Part shown: positions 12,950-25,254 of the stretch, one piece after another | Layout: every line of letters begins with the position of its first letter | Position numbering within the stretch: the first letter of the stretch is position 1 | Program-made: the position numbers and the translations under genes | The notes under the pieces: model-generated | The model's database searches: none | The model's input: the letters and a program-made list of their open reading frames with translations, nothing else | Told to the model about the DNA's origin: nothing | From: Eledone cirrhosa | Taxonomy: Eukaryota | Assembly: GCA_964016885.1 (NCBI GenBank) | Contig: OZ024740.1 | Location: 349,494,001 to 349,558,000, forward strand | Length of the DNA stretch: 64,000 nucleotides | Direction of reading: 5' to 3'

Positions 12950-14617
12950 TCTTCATCATTATCACCGTTTAACGTCCATTTTTCCATGCTAGAATGGGTT
13001 AGACAAGTTATCCCATTATGAGACAAGCCAAATCAAATGACTGTGTCTTGCTCATAGAGAACTGTTTCTGGCTTGGTTTCTACGGTTGAGTGCCCTCCCT
13101 AACGGCAACCATATTTACAGTGTGGACTGGGCGTTTTTTATCATGACACATACACAACCACATTTCAGTGTGGTTGTGTATGTGTTTTTGTCCTGGCACC
13201 AAAACGGCGACTTTACAATGTGGTGTGGAGGAGGTGCCTGCGAATTGGAGAGGTAGATCTACGATATATCTGGTGAAGGGTGGGATGTAGGATCGTAGAT
13301 GAGGAGTGCAGTGATAGGATATGGGTGGAGTGTTAAGACGTGGGAGGTGTATGGAAGTGAGATGGGAAGGTTGTGTATACAAGATGTATGCTTCAATCCC
13401 ATATGCACGGATCTTGATCTTGTGTCATCGCTATCAAGAGGTACAGTTAGGCAATATCAACTTTTATCACGTCATCCCAATCTTCCATCAACTGTGAGCC
13501 CCTGCACCTTTTTATATAGCTGTCATCCTTCATACTCATCATATATACATACCGCGCATATCATCTGCACACTTTATCTGATCCCTCTTATGCTCAGTTC
13601 CTCTTTATGTTTTGCTGTTCGCGTATATTAATATTACACATCTATCGAAACCAGTCAGCTTCATTTCTTTCCAATCTTCGCAGGTCATCTGCACACCGTG
13701 CACAGGTCTCACCATAATGCAACATTGCTGTTCTTGTACACCCATCACACAATCTCGCCTTCATTTTGAAGAAAAGAACTTTTGTAGCTAGCAGTGGTAG
13801 TTTTATTCCTGAGCTTTTTCCATCCCGTTCTCACTCTGACTGCAGTACATTCGCAACACATCTAATTTGGTGCCCAGGTAACAGAAACCATCATATACGT
13901 CTACTGAGCCCTCTGGGTATTAAAAGGAACTAGTATTCTGTTGGCTCTTGCCAATTACTGCGCCTGTGCAACGAACACATATAAAACATGCGTTCTTTGC
14001 TAGCCTAGCTGACATCTCACTACAGCTCTTGAGTACCCATAGTTTGCATTTGGGGCATAGGATGAAATATCTGCCTACCTCTTTGCTGCACACAGAGCAA
14101 GACCATTTCCCCGAGAGAGTATCTTGGCCCTGTTATCTTTACTAAGACTTTGGTCTTTGCCACGTTGACTTTAAGACCTTTAGATTCCAGGTTTTGCGTC
14201 CAGATTTGGAATTTCTTCTCTAGTTCTGCCATAGATTCAACTACAAGGGGTAGATAATCTGCATACATAAGTTCTCATGTGCAGCCAGCCATAAACTCGT
14301 CTGTTATTGCCTGCAGGACAATGATAAACAAGAGGTTAAGAACATAGCCCTGAGGGACTCCTACCTGCATGTTGTTAAATTTTTCACTATAGTCATTATT
14401 AATTCTAACCTTGCTGGCTGTTCCTCTACATATGGCTTGTACTGCCCTTACAAGCCACTCATCTAGTCCTAGTTTTTCTAAGAGACCACCAAATAATGGA
14501 ACGGGGGACTCTGTCAAAAGCTTTCTCCGGGTCAACAAATGTCACGTAGAACGCCACGTAGAAGCACCTTTAGCTAGGTATTTCTCCTGCAGTTGTATCA
14601 CAATGACGAGGGCATCA

Positions 14618-14620
<3 letters not shown>
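12950..14620 (-). mobile_element. Degraded, 5'-truncated RTE-like LINE (PHD-finger family) with 3' tail/SINE tail
   Basis: Frameshifted TDALVIVIQLQEKYL, LEKLGLDEWLVRAVQA, QVGVPQG, YAD, NLESKGLKVNVAKTKVL. Tail cc.ttctagcatggaaaaatggacgttaaac + (GAT)n. Confidence 0.8.
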
Positions 14621-14652
<32 letters not shown>

Positions 14653-14654
<2 letters not shown>

Positions 14655-14837
14655 TTGCTTTTGACAACGGCTGATGATATACATGTAGGTAAATATATTC
14701 CTTATTTGATATTTTGTAACTAACCCTACATAGATCGATAACGAAATATGCGTACGATGTATTATTATCACCTAGAAACGATCGTAAAGCAGTGAAGTAT
14801 ATTTCTAATGACTTGAATTTTTATTTCATTGTTTTAA

Positions 14838-14840
<3 letters not shown>
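14653..14840 (+). mobile_element. Extra PLE pseudo-LTR copy with U3-A8 hammerhead (14656-14791)
   Basis: tgctt-TTGACAA-long stem II-GAAA-cgatcg-TA-aagca. Diverged copy of 19430-19620. Confidence 0.7.
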
Positions 14841-14905
<65 letters not shown>

Positions 14906-15296
14906 CTGGTGATATACATGTAAGTAAATATTCTCTTTATCTGATACTTTGTAACTAACCTTACATAGATCAATAACGAAGTATAGCTACAATGTATTAT
15001 CATCATCTAGAAACGATCGTAAAGCAGTGAAGTATATCTCTAATGACTTGATTTTTTATTTCATTGTTTTAACTTATATCATGACTCTGTTTTCTTTTTA
15101 ATGTTTTATTGTTTTCCGGGATTTATCTTAACCTACAACATTTTCAACATATGGATTACATTGAGTTCTTCATGCAGAATAGACCCCACAACTTACCGTG
15201 GATATCTCTGTGTATTTTGCTCTTTCAATATATTTTTCATAATTGATTACAATATTTAGTTGAGCTCTTTTTTTTTTATCTAATTCCTGCATCACA

Positions 15297-17903
15297 ATGG
15301 AAAAACAATATTTGGGTACCTCGTTGAAGAATATTCCAATTCCACCTAATGATGAATATCTACTCTTACTCATACAAAAAAAGTAACCAATTTACTAGGA
15401 GAATGAGATGGAGGGCCTATAATTTTGACAACAAAACCAATACAAATGAAATGAAGTACCGCTGTGGATTCAAAACATACAAAAATCCTCCTCATAATAT
15501 TCAACTTGAAAATTTTGAGAGCGCCCTACTGAAGATGATTAAAAACATAAAGTTCAGAAAACACAAATCAGAATTCCAAAAGGGATTAGACTCTACCCTT
15601 CTACAACTGAAAATTTCAAACAAGGTCCATGTCCATTCTGACAAAACTGGTAATCTGTACCATATAGATATCGATAAATATAACCAGTTCTATAAAAAGA
15701 ACTTAGAAAAAACTATAAGAAAACAAATACCACCGCACTGACATCCCTGAACAACATATCATGTGATATAGTAAAAAAGCTCTAGATTGAAGATAGGACT
15801 GAGCCTTTCACGCCTAAAAGCCCACACTTCAACCTGAAAGACCATAAATCTGACTTTAACTCGAACCCATCTATTAGACTGATATGCCCATCAAAATCTG
15901 ATATCGGTAATATCAGCAAAAAGATTATTGATCGTATCATTCCGCAAATTAGAAAATTTGTAACCCTTCTATTATGAGATAACACTTCCCAAGTTATTGA
16001 ATGGTTCACTATCATTGAGAATAAAAACTCAGCTTCATTCATTCAATTCGACATCGATTCTTACTATTCTTCGATTTCTCCAATTCTTTTAAACAAAGCA
16101 CCCATCTTCGCCAGAAATAGATCGGATTTATGTACTGAGGAAACCTTACTAAACTTCCAAGAAGAATATTGGACAAGAAACATATATAACAACCTATTCG
16201 ATATTACGATGGGATCCATGGACTCTGCTCAAGTTACAGACCTCGTTGAACTATTTCTCCTCTATAATATTCATTACTCTTTTCCCCACCTCAAAGGTGG
16301 TCTTTATCGGGATGATTGTCTATTGTTATCTAACAATCTTAGCAATTCCAATATAGAGAAAAAACAAAAAACAAATTAGAAAATTCCTCTAGGACTATTA
16401 CAGCCTTAGCATCACTTTTGAAAACACTTCAAAAGTAGCTAATTTCCTTGACATTACCTTAGCCCTCTCTACTAATATTTATCAACCTTACCACAAACCC
16501 AACCAGAATCTACAATATGTACATTCACGATCTAACCACCCTGGCTCTATACTCAAGAACTTAGTATATAACATATCTCTTAGACTTTCTTAATTATCTT
16601 CCAATGAAGATATATTTTATAATAATGCACCCTTCTACAACGAGGCCTTAACGAGAAGTGGATATAAAGAAAAAATATCATATATCCCCAACACTACTAT
16701 GGACCAAAATATAAAACCTAGCACAAACTACAAACATCAAAAAATACCATTGAAACAAATACCTAAAGGGGTTATTCCTATTACAACAAACACCCTAAAA
16801 ACCACAACTATTACTACACGATCTATGACCAATATTATCAACCCACATATGAATACCAAGCACTCAAAATCTCATAATCTACCCAATAATAACACCAAAT
16901 ACAACCACAGTAATTTACCAAATTCCACAAATACGGATACTAACCATAGGAATTCTTCTAGAACACAACACAATAATATAAGTGGTAATAACAACTTAAC
17001 TAAAAACCGCAAAAGAAACATAACATGGTACAACGCACCCTTCAACCTGCAAACTATTGGACAAATCCCCCAAAAATTCTTTGAAATTCTACATAAACCT
17101 TTTCCACCAAACCACAGATACCACCAAATATTTAACAAATATACTGTTAAATTCTCATACTCTACATCAAACAATCTCCAGCAAAAAATAAGCAACTGCA
17201 ACATTTATAAACTTAAAGATAATATGATTACACCACCACAACATAATTTAAATAGGACTGCACCTTTTAAAAAGACAAATAATACAATCCTTCAACCTGG
17301 AAAACACAACCACCCAAATCACCAACACAAAAACAACAGAACACAAAATCACAATACAACCCTAGCACCAAACCACCCACAAAGCAACCTTCATTCTCCT
17401 AATAACATTAATTACAATAGGAATAGCTCAAGGATTAATGAGAATAGTATAGGCACCCCCAACAACCATCTTACGTATGGTTGTAATTGCAGAAATAGAA
17501 GCATTTGCCCCTTAAATGGCAACTGATTAATTAATAATGTAATATATAAATGCACTGTCTACTACAGACTCCAACAAAACATATATTAGGATCTACATCA
17601 AACACATTTAAGAAAAGATTTTACGCACACTCTAGTAGTTTTAACAATACTAAACTAGCTAACACCACATCTTTAGCTGAAGCAGTAAGTAATTATAAAA
17701 AGAAAAAAATAGATTTCAAGCTATCGTGGAACACCATTCTACAAAGAACTCCATATCTTGGGAACAGGAGGGAATGCAGATTATGTTCAGGGGATATCTT
17801 GGAAATTACTAAATCTAAGGACGATTTATTAAATAAAAGACAGGAACTGATTATAGTTTGTAATCACCGTATAAGAACATTTAAATACTATAAACCTAAT
17901 TAA
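15297..17903 (+). pseudogene. PLE reverse transcriptase + Cys linker + GIY-YIG endonuclease, frameshifted
   Basis: MEKQYLGTSLKNIPIPP, FTRRMRWRA, HSDKTGNLY, LKDHK, QFDIDSYYSSI, MGSMDSAQVTDLV, GLYRDD, RKRNITWYNAPF, CNCRNRSICPLNGN*, VIYKC..YIGSTS..KKRFYAH, CRLC..CNHR. Confidence 0.88.
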
Positions 17904-18659
17904 AAATTCTAAATAGCAACTCACTATAATTCTATATAGAGTAACATTTGTTAGTACCCCTTTCCCCTAATTATATGCATTCATGCTTATCTTTTACCTT
18001 TTAATGTTTTAGCTTCCTTAGGTTTATGTGTTAATGACTAAAGGCAACAAGATACACAACCACCCGTAATTGCATGAGTAGATATATATCTATATATGTA
18101 TGATATGGGAATATATTTGTGTATGTGTATATATATATATATGTATATATATATATGTGTGTGTATATATATATGTGTGTGTATGTGTGTATGTATATAT
18201 ATATGTATATATGTGCGTGTCTGTATGTGTGTATATATATGTGTGTTTGTGTGTGTATATGTGAGTATATGTGTATGAGTGATTATATATGAGTGTGTGT
18301 ACATGTATGAGTGTGTGCATACACATATGTATATATATATGTGTGTGTGTGTGGGTATAGGTGTGTATGTGTAGATATAGATATGTATAAATATAGGTGT
18401 ATATGATTATGTGCACATGTGTAAATGTGTATTTGTGTTTGCATCTATTTATGCGTATGTATATTTTTGGTGCAGTATCAATGTAACTATACCTCTCTAT
18501 ATATAGTGTGGATATATGCACTTTGTGATCTATGAAATTTATGCGTCTTGACTATGTCAACATGAATTTATCTGAGTTTGATTATTTATACATAAACATA
18601 CTTGATAGTATTGTATTATACTAAGTGCAATTTACCACACCGTACTATATTGTGTTGGT

Positions 18660-19100
18660 TATATTATATTATTGCATTACTGTATTTCATTATCTTATTA
18701 TAATAATTGTTTCTACTTTAGGCCAGCAATTACCCAGTTCGGGTAATTGCTGGCCTAAAGTAGAAACAATTATTATAATAAGATAATGAAATACAGTAAT
18801 GCAATAATATTAATCGTAAAGGGACGTAACTATGCTGGAAAGCATGGCGTCCGACCCTCTACCGATACTGCCAATCCACCGCCCTATTATCTTATTATAA
18901 TAATGGCGGTGGGTTGGCAGTATCGGTAGAGGGTCGGACGACATGCTTTCCAGCATAGTTACGTCCCTTTACGATCTGAGTTCAAATCCCGCCGAGGTTG
19001 ACTTTGCCTTTCATCCTTACGGGGTCGATAAAATAAAGTACCAGTAATGCACTGGGTATTTGCTGGCCTTGTGCCTAAAGTAGAAACAATTATCTTATTA
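18660..19100. mobile_element. SINE family A copy (18904-19100, plus) with inverted duplications of both ends, inside the PLE 3' UTR
   Basis: Palindrome 18665-18812 contains the SINE 3' end. 18815-18885 is the reverse complement of the SINE head. Confidence 0.8.
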
Positions 19101-19432
19101 TAATTTTCATCTTTTAATATACTATCTTTCCTAGCCATGACCTTAATTTATATTCACCTAAAAACTCCATACAACACTAATCATCATTTATTTTTACATT
19201 CCTTTTAAACTTCACTATACCAGATACATTCAACTATCAATTTGACAATCGCTTTCCTCCTAATAGATTTTTTATGGCAATTCTATGATTAACACCATTC
19301 AACCATTCCTTTCAAAGGGTCATGACCTCAACTAAAGTGAATTACTTTTCATCTTTGATTGGTTAGTTCTTCAACTACCTCCAAATAAGGTCAAGATACT
19401 AACATACTACTAATTTTGAATAAAATTATTAT

Positions 19433-19568
19433 TGCTTTTGAAAACAGCTGGTGATATACATGTAAGTAAATATTCTCTTTATTTGATACTTTGTAACTAA
19501 CCTTACATAGATCAATAACGAAGTATAGCTACAATGTATTATCATCATCTAGAAACGATCGTAAAGCA
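19433..19568 (+). ncRNA. Hammerhead ribozyme with U3-A8 core variant and long stem II
   Basis: tgctt-TTGAAAA-cagctggtgatatacat...atgtattatcatcatcta-GAAA-cgatcg-TA-aagca. Confidence 0.65.
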
Positions 19569-19756
19569 GTGAAGTATATCTCTAATGACTTGATTTTTTA
19601 TTTCATTGTTTTAACTTATATCATGACTCTGTTTTCCTTTTAATGTTTTATTGTTTTCCGGGATTTATCTTAACCTACAACATTTTCAACATATGGATTA
19701 CATTGAGTTCTTCATGCAGACTAGACCCCACAACTTACCGTGGATATCTCTGTGTG

Positions 19757-19818
<62 letters not shown>

Positions 19819-20165
19819 GTGTATGTATGTATGTATGTATGGGTGGGTGGGTGTTATTTCATAATATTGTACAATAATAGAAAGAGAAATATAGTATCAA
19901 ATGATAAATGCAAAATTACTAGAAATATACTAAAAATAGCCCCCCAAAACACAACAAAACAATTTAGAGGAAATACGTCTCCAGTTATTTTGGATTTTTT
20001 GGGGGATTTTCAGATGTCAAGACTCAGATTAAAATAAATAAATAAATAGCTTTACAAAATGGAGCATGTATCAGTAGCCCTCATATCTAATGCATGAAGT
20101 CAAGGACTATAACAAGAGATCGGCATATGTTTGGTAAATAGAGCTATAAATATGTATACATATAT

Positions 20166-20222
<57 letters not shown>

Positions 20223-21789
20223 ATTTAACATCCATTCTCCTTGCAAGCAAGTTTGTGTGGGTCATCACAGACCAAAATCAGTACATAATCGGACCTGCAG
20301 ATCTCTAAGATGGGCTAGGATCTGATCTCGAATATCTTCCCACAATCTGTAGTGCACCGCGCATTTTGTCATGGTACCAGCACTAGAAAACTGGACGTAT
20401 GCTTGACACAACTTAAGAACCCTCTCTACCTATGTTTAGCAAGTTTTCTATGGTTGATTGCTTTTCCTATCATCAACAACTTTACAGAAGGTAATGGGCG
20501 CGTTTTATCCTATCATAAATATAGAAGTGACGTGGTTCCTTTGACAAAACTGAAGATTTCTCTCAACTCCTTTTGTCATGGATGCCTTTCCTATCACCAA
20601 CCATCTTGCAGTATTTAAAATGTTACTTAATAAGCAGTTCTCCCTGCACCCTACATCTTAACCTGCCTGGGTCGATGATGATGATAGTGACGATTGATTG
20701 GGAAAAGTTGAAGGGAATATACTTGAATCCAGTCGTGACAAACTGAACAGAATTTGAGTTCAAAATTTAGGAAAGAGGAATTAAATGAAGTAATACATTT
20801 AGATCCAGTAACTACTAACCTATTTTGGCAACTTCACAGCCTGTCCTCTATATAGTATGTCTCTTCCCTTAAATAAAATCTTGTTTTACTATCCTCTATA
20901 TAGTATGTCTCCTCCCTTAAATAAAATCTTGTTTTTTGTACAATTTGTTTATACCCCAAAGTCTTTGTGAGTCTCTTTTACCATTTTGTTTTTGTTTCTA
21001 TGTATGAATGATGATGTGTGAAATTACCCATATTAGCTAAAAAGAAAATGAGGTGGATTGACAAAACTGTTACAGAATCATTACAGCATTTGCCGTCGTT
21101 TCAGTTTCTGAGTTCATCTCACCGGGCTGAAGTTTATTTTTCCTTCTTTTGGAATCAATAAAATAAAGTACCAGTCAAATACTATGGTCAATATAGGTAA
21201 ATTTCACCTTTCTTCACACTGCTGTCGTTCTATCAAATTTATTGTCTACCTATGTTTTTATATAATTTAGTCATGTCCTGCATCTAAAGTAAATTCCTAT
21301 ATTTATATATTTTATCATATTATAGAACAAGCTCTTGTGGCTAATATAGAAATCCTTATTATTATTTTTAGTTATTGTTTACATTTTCCATTCAAAATCT
21401 ATTGTATCTTCTCTTTTTTTTCCAAACATTTTTTCTATGTACTTTTTTATAGAAATATGTCAAAATATTTTAATGAAATTACGTGACAAATTTTTTTATG
21501 AAATTACATGACAAAAACGAGAATATATGACAATTTCTTTTATGTCTCACAGAAAAGACGAAAATTACATATTGATATCTTTTTTTTTTTTCCTTTCTTA
21601 TTTGTGTTTAGAAATGCAGGTGATATATATATATTATATGTAGATCAATGCTATATATACTGTTACAGAATATATCCATAGATTGAATAGACAAATATAA
21701 ACACCTTGTCAGTATATACAATACATTTTGGAACAGAAAAAGAGAGATCTTCTGGATTAGTTTCAAATCTTGCGTTCAGATTTTATAAG

Positions 21790-22090
21790 CAGACATAGAA
21801 AAGAAAATGTACAAACAAATCTATGGAATACAACCCAAATGAAAGGGTCCTTGTAACAGCATTGAGTGCTTCGAACAGTGCACCGCTTGTAAAAAAACAC
21901 ACACATATACATATATCGACAGTCGATCGGGACAATGCTTCTTTCCAATTGCTAATACGCAAATCCAAAAGGAGCTAAGTGAAATAAGTATTTTCCTCAA
22001 AGACACAACGCATCACTCAGTCCGAGAAACGAACTCATAACCTCATGATAGCGATTCCAATTCCCTAACCCCTCAGCCACGCGCCTTCAC
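21790..22090 (-). mobile_element. tRNA-derived SINE (family B, CORE-like)
   Basis: Minus strand: ggcgcgtggctgaggggttagg (A box) .. gagttcgtttctc (B box) .. gttgtgtctttgaggaaaatacttatttcac. Homologous to the head of 59285-59665. Confidence 0.65.
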
Positions 22091-22137
<47 letters not shown>

Positions 22138-22251
22138 ATACACACACATACACACACACATATATATATAAGGAAAGAAGTGTGGTAAGGAACCAGGTGG
22201 ACCATAACGCACCAGAGTACTCAATATTTAGGGTAGTAGAGTGAGTAATAG

Positions 22252-22363
22252 GAAAATGTTCAAGACCCCGACGGCAGAGCTCAAGCCGTTTCGACAGCTA
22301 TTTCTGGACTGAAATAGCCGTTGAGACGGCTTGAGCTCTGCCGTCGGGGTCTTGAACATTTTC

Positions 22364-22403
<40 letters not shown>

Positions 22404-22440
22404 GAAAGTGTTCAAGACCCCGACGGCAGAGCTCAAACCC
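22252..22440. repeat. GC-rich ~53 bp-arm hairpin plus a third arm copy after a (TA)n run
   Basis: gaaaatgttcaagaccccgacggcagagctcaagccg..atttc tggact gaaat..cggcttgagctctgccgtcggggtcttgaacattttc. Arm repeated at 22404-22436. Confidence 0.85.
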
Positions 22441-22572
22441 TTTAAACTGTATGTTAATACTCTGAGGTTTATTCCTTGTCGAGTGCTTGGCTCCACTGCT
22501 GAAGGCATTCGTTGGGTTGGCTGCTTATCGAACTTCGAATATGCTGTACTATTATATATATATATATATATA

Positions 22573-23635
22573 AGGGGTCTGACGAGCCGCGGATTACAGA
22601 GTCGGGTCAGATCGATATAGATCGAACCTTGAACTCATCAGTGGCGAAACGCGCGTCACCAACCAATAAACGTAATGAAGGAGTAACCAATCGTCCTTGT
22701 TATTTTATTTCACTATATATATATATATATATATGTATATATAATGTATTTTGCAATACACTTTATGCTTAATTAAAAGCATTTTGAAGACCGTAAGCTA
22801 TTGTTTTTTAGAGTAGTGACAAATTCACTTACTTTGATCTCAGCAAACGGGGGAGATAAGCCGACAAGGCCTTGTTTCGCTTTTGTTGAAGCTTATCAAG
22901 GCTAACTACTCCCACCTGTCTACCGAGATCATTGATGTTATATTCTTATAGAATTCTAGTAAATAATCAGGAGCTGATTATGCAGAGCGGTTGTTGGTCA
23001 GGCAGAAATTAAAATCTCCCCTGTTTGCTGAGATCAAAGTAAGTGAATTTGTCACTACTCTAAAAAACAATAGCTTACGGTCTTCAAAATGCTTTTAATT
23101 CAGCATAAAGTGTATTGCAAAATACATTATATATACATCCATATATATATTGCTATTTCAGAGCTCCAATTCTAATTTTTAATTTCTGCCTGACCAACAA
23201 CCGCTCTGCATAATCAGCTCCTGATTATTTACTAGAACTCTATAAGAATATAACATCAATGATCTCGGTAGACAGGTGGGAGTAGTTAGCCTTGATAAGC
23301 TTCAACAAAAGCGAAACAATGCCTTGTCGGCTTATCTCCCCTGTTTGCTGAGATCAAAGTAAGTGAATTTGTCACTACTCTAAAAAACAATAGCTTACGG
23401 TCTTCAAAATGCTTTTAATTAAGCATAAAGTGTATTGCAAATACATTATATATACATCCATATATATATTGCTATTTCAGAGCTCCAATTCTAATATATA
23501 TATATATATAAATATTTGGTTACTCCTTCATTACATTTATTGGTTGGTGACGCGCGTTTCGCCACTGATGAGCTCAAGGTTCGATCTATATCGATCTGAC
23601 CCGACTCTGTAATCCGCGGCTCGTCAGACCCCTTG
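22573..23635. mobile_element. Nested inverted array of two PLE pseudo-LTR families with four hammerheads
   Basis: A(+) 22573-22695, B(-) 22735-23015, partial B(+) 23015-23175, B(+) 23175-23495, A(-) 23515-23635. Hammerheads at 22576-22660(+), 22859-22903(-), 23288-23332(+) and 23546-23630(-). Confidence 0.85.
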
Positions 23636-24057
23636 TAATAGTAATGGAAAAATGAATATACATGCTGCATGATAAAGTCAATGTTCCTATGGTGGTCAGT
23701 GAAGTTTGTTTTGAGTGGTAGATTAATTCATAGGGATGTTTTTGCCTGAAGTGTATGTAGGGGTGGGTGTGGTGATAAGTTAGTGGTGACGGTTGTAGGT
23801 TGAAGTGGGAGGCGGTGTGGGGATGTTGGTTGTCGGTAGACAGTTTAGCATGTAGATGTGGCTGATTGTTATGTGTGGTATGGGTGTGGTGTTGTTGTTT
23901 ATGATAAGGATGAAAGGTTGCGGTGTTTATGGTGGGGTGATATTTGTGGTGGTGGATTGTTAAGGGGGCTCATTCCATAAGGAGATACATATATACACAC
24001 ATACACACGCAGCCTGACAAATATATTATGTACATACACATGTGTATATATATATAG

Positions 24058-24890
24058 ATTTCTTTATTTGTCACAAGAAAAGGGGGACAAAACAAAGACA
24101 CATGCCGGGGATTTTACATACAATCGTGTAAAAATATGAAACAAACAAATATAACAATCAAAACCCCCAATAGGGGGGAGGCGCCACAAATGGGTTGTTT
24201 AATACCCCGTAGGTAGAACCGCCCTCAACTTCAGGAGCGTGTTGTGCAAGTGCTCCTTTCTTCCTTTTGCTCTCTTCTTCAACCTACAGGTTTATATACA
24301 GAGATGGCCCAATCACTCGGGTCATTTTTGCCACATTCACCCACCTTTCAGTAAATTTACTGGGGTGCAGTGCCTCTCTCCACTCTGATTCTCCTTCTAA
24401 AGTGGTACCTAAAGAAGGGAATGAGTTGTTGTCCGGAGAGAAAGGCATCTGTCTCAGTCCTTGGTCCTTACTATGGACTCGGCAGTCAACCGGATTTGAC
24501 CCATACGTGGCAGCAGTTGTTCTGCGTAGTTCCACAGGTCGGATACGTCCGGGCAGTGTACAATTGCGTGCAAGACAGTTTCAATGTCCTGCCCGCATCT
24601 TGAACACGTCCTCTTGGAAGGGTCCCTGTCGGGGCGTCCGTGCCTGTAGATCTTGTCACGAACTGCGAGCTCCTCGTTAGCACTGCCAGGCCAGTTACCT
24701 CTGGAAGTTGTCCATAGGTCCCGGGCGGAAAGTCCTACCAAACAGACTGGTGAGTTCGTCGTCTTCGACGCCTAGAGTCTCTCCGAACACGTCGTCGCTC
24801 TTGTGACGTTTTAACCTCTATAGAATGTCGAAGTGGAGTCTCCACTGATTGCTGTGCCCGCTTGACAGAGGAGTGTGAGCGCCTGAGCGT
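24058..24890 (-). mobile_element. 5'-truncated L1/Tx1-type LINE 3' end with zf-RVT (CCHC) domain
   Basis: LAVRDKIYRHG..TCSRCGQDIETVLHAIVHCPDVSDLW. The 3' UTR ends gacAATAAAgaaatc into (TA)n. Confidence 0.8.
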
Positions 24891-24989
24891 GTGGGGATTG
24901 CGGTTGTACAAACATACTTACACACAGACACACACACATGCGTTGTTTAGGGTGGGATGATAGGCGTGGTATGTGTTGGTGAACCTAAA

Positions 24990-25253
24990 TAGATTTAGAT
25001 ATAGAGAGGGGGACAGTTTGGTGGTAATTGATATAGAGAGTCAGGTTGGCTGAGTGTGTTGTAGATTAGATATAAAGAGGGGGAAAGATTAATGTTTATT
25101 GATATAGAGGGAGGAATTTTGAAGAGGGTTTCGTGTAGTAGATATACAGAGGGGGAGAGTTTGGCATTAATTGATATAGACAGGGGATTTGGAACAGAGT
25201 TCCATATAGTAGATATAGAGAGGGGGGTTGGAAAAGAGTTCTATGTAGTAGAT
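24990..25253. repeat. Degenerate purine-rich minisatellite (gatatagagaggggg..)
   Basis: About 7 imperfect 35-40 bp units. Confidence 0.6.
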
Positions 25254-25254
25254 A

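Larger units (their letters stand above)
14903..19752 (+). mobile_element. Full-length decayed Penelope-like element (Naiad-like) with ~310 bp direct pseudo-LTRs
   Basis: Near-identical direct repeats at 14903-15210 and 19446-19752 enclose an RT + GIY-YIG ORF and a ~1.5 kb 3' UTR. Both ends abut (TA)n. Confidence 0.88.

Noticed and set aside
14671-14677. CTGATGA as the hammerhead core of this pLTR
   Set aside because: It lies in stem II and is CTGGTGA in the other two copies; stem I pairing places the core at TTGACAA.
18904-19000. SINE heads as tRNA genes
   Set aside because: A and B boxes are present, but there is no cloverleaf and they continue into SINE body and tail.
20845-20935. 47 bp tandem duplication (also 27 bp at 29102-29155 and a small TA-centred inverted repeat at 35170-35260)
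   Set aside because: Ordinary slippage or local duplication with no functional sign.
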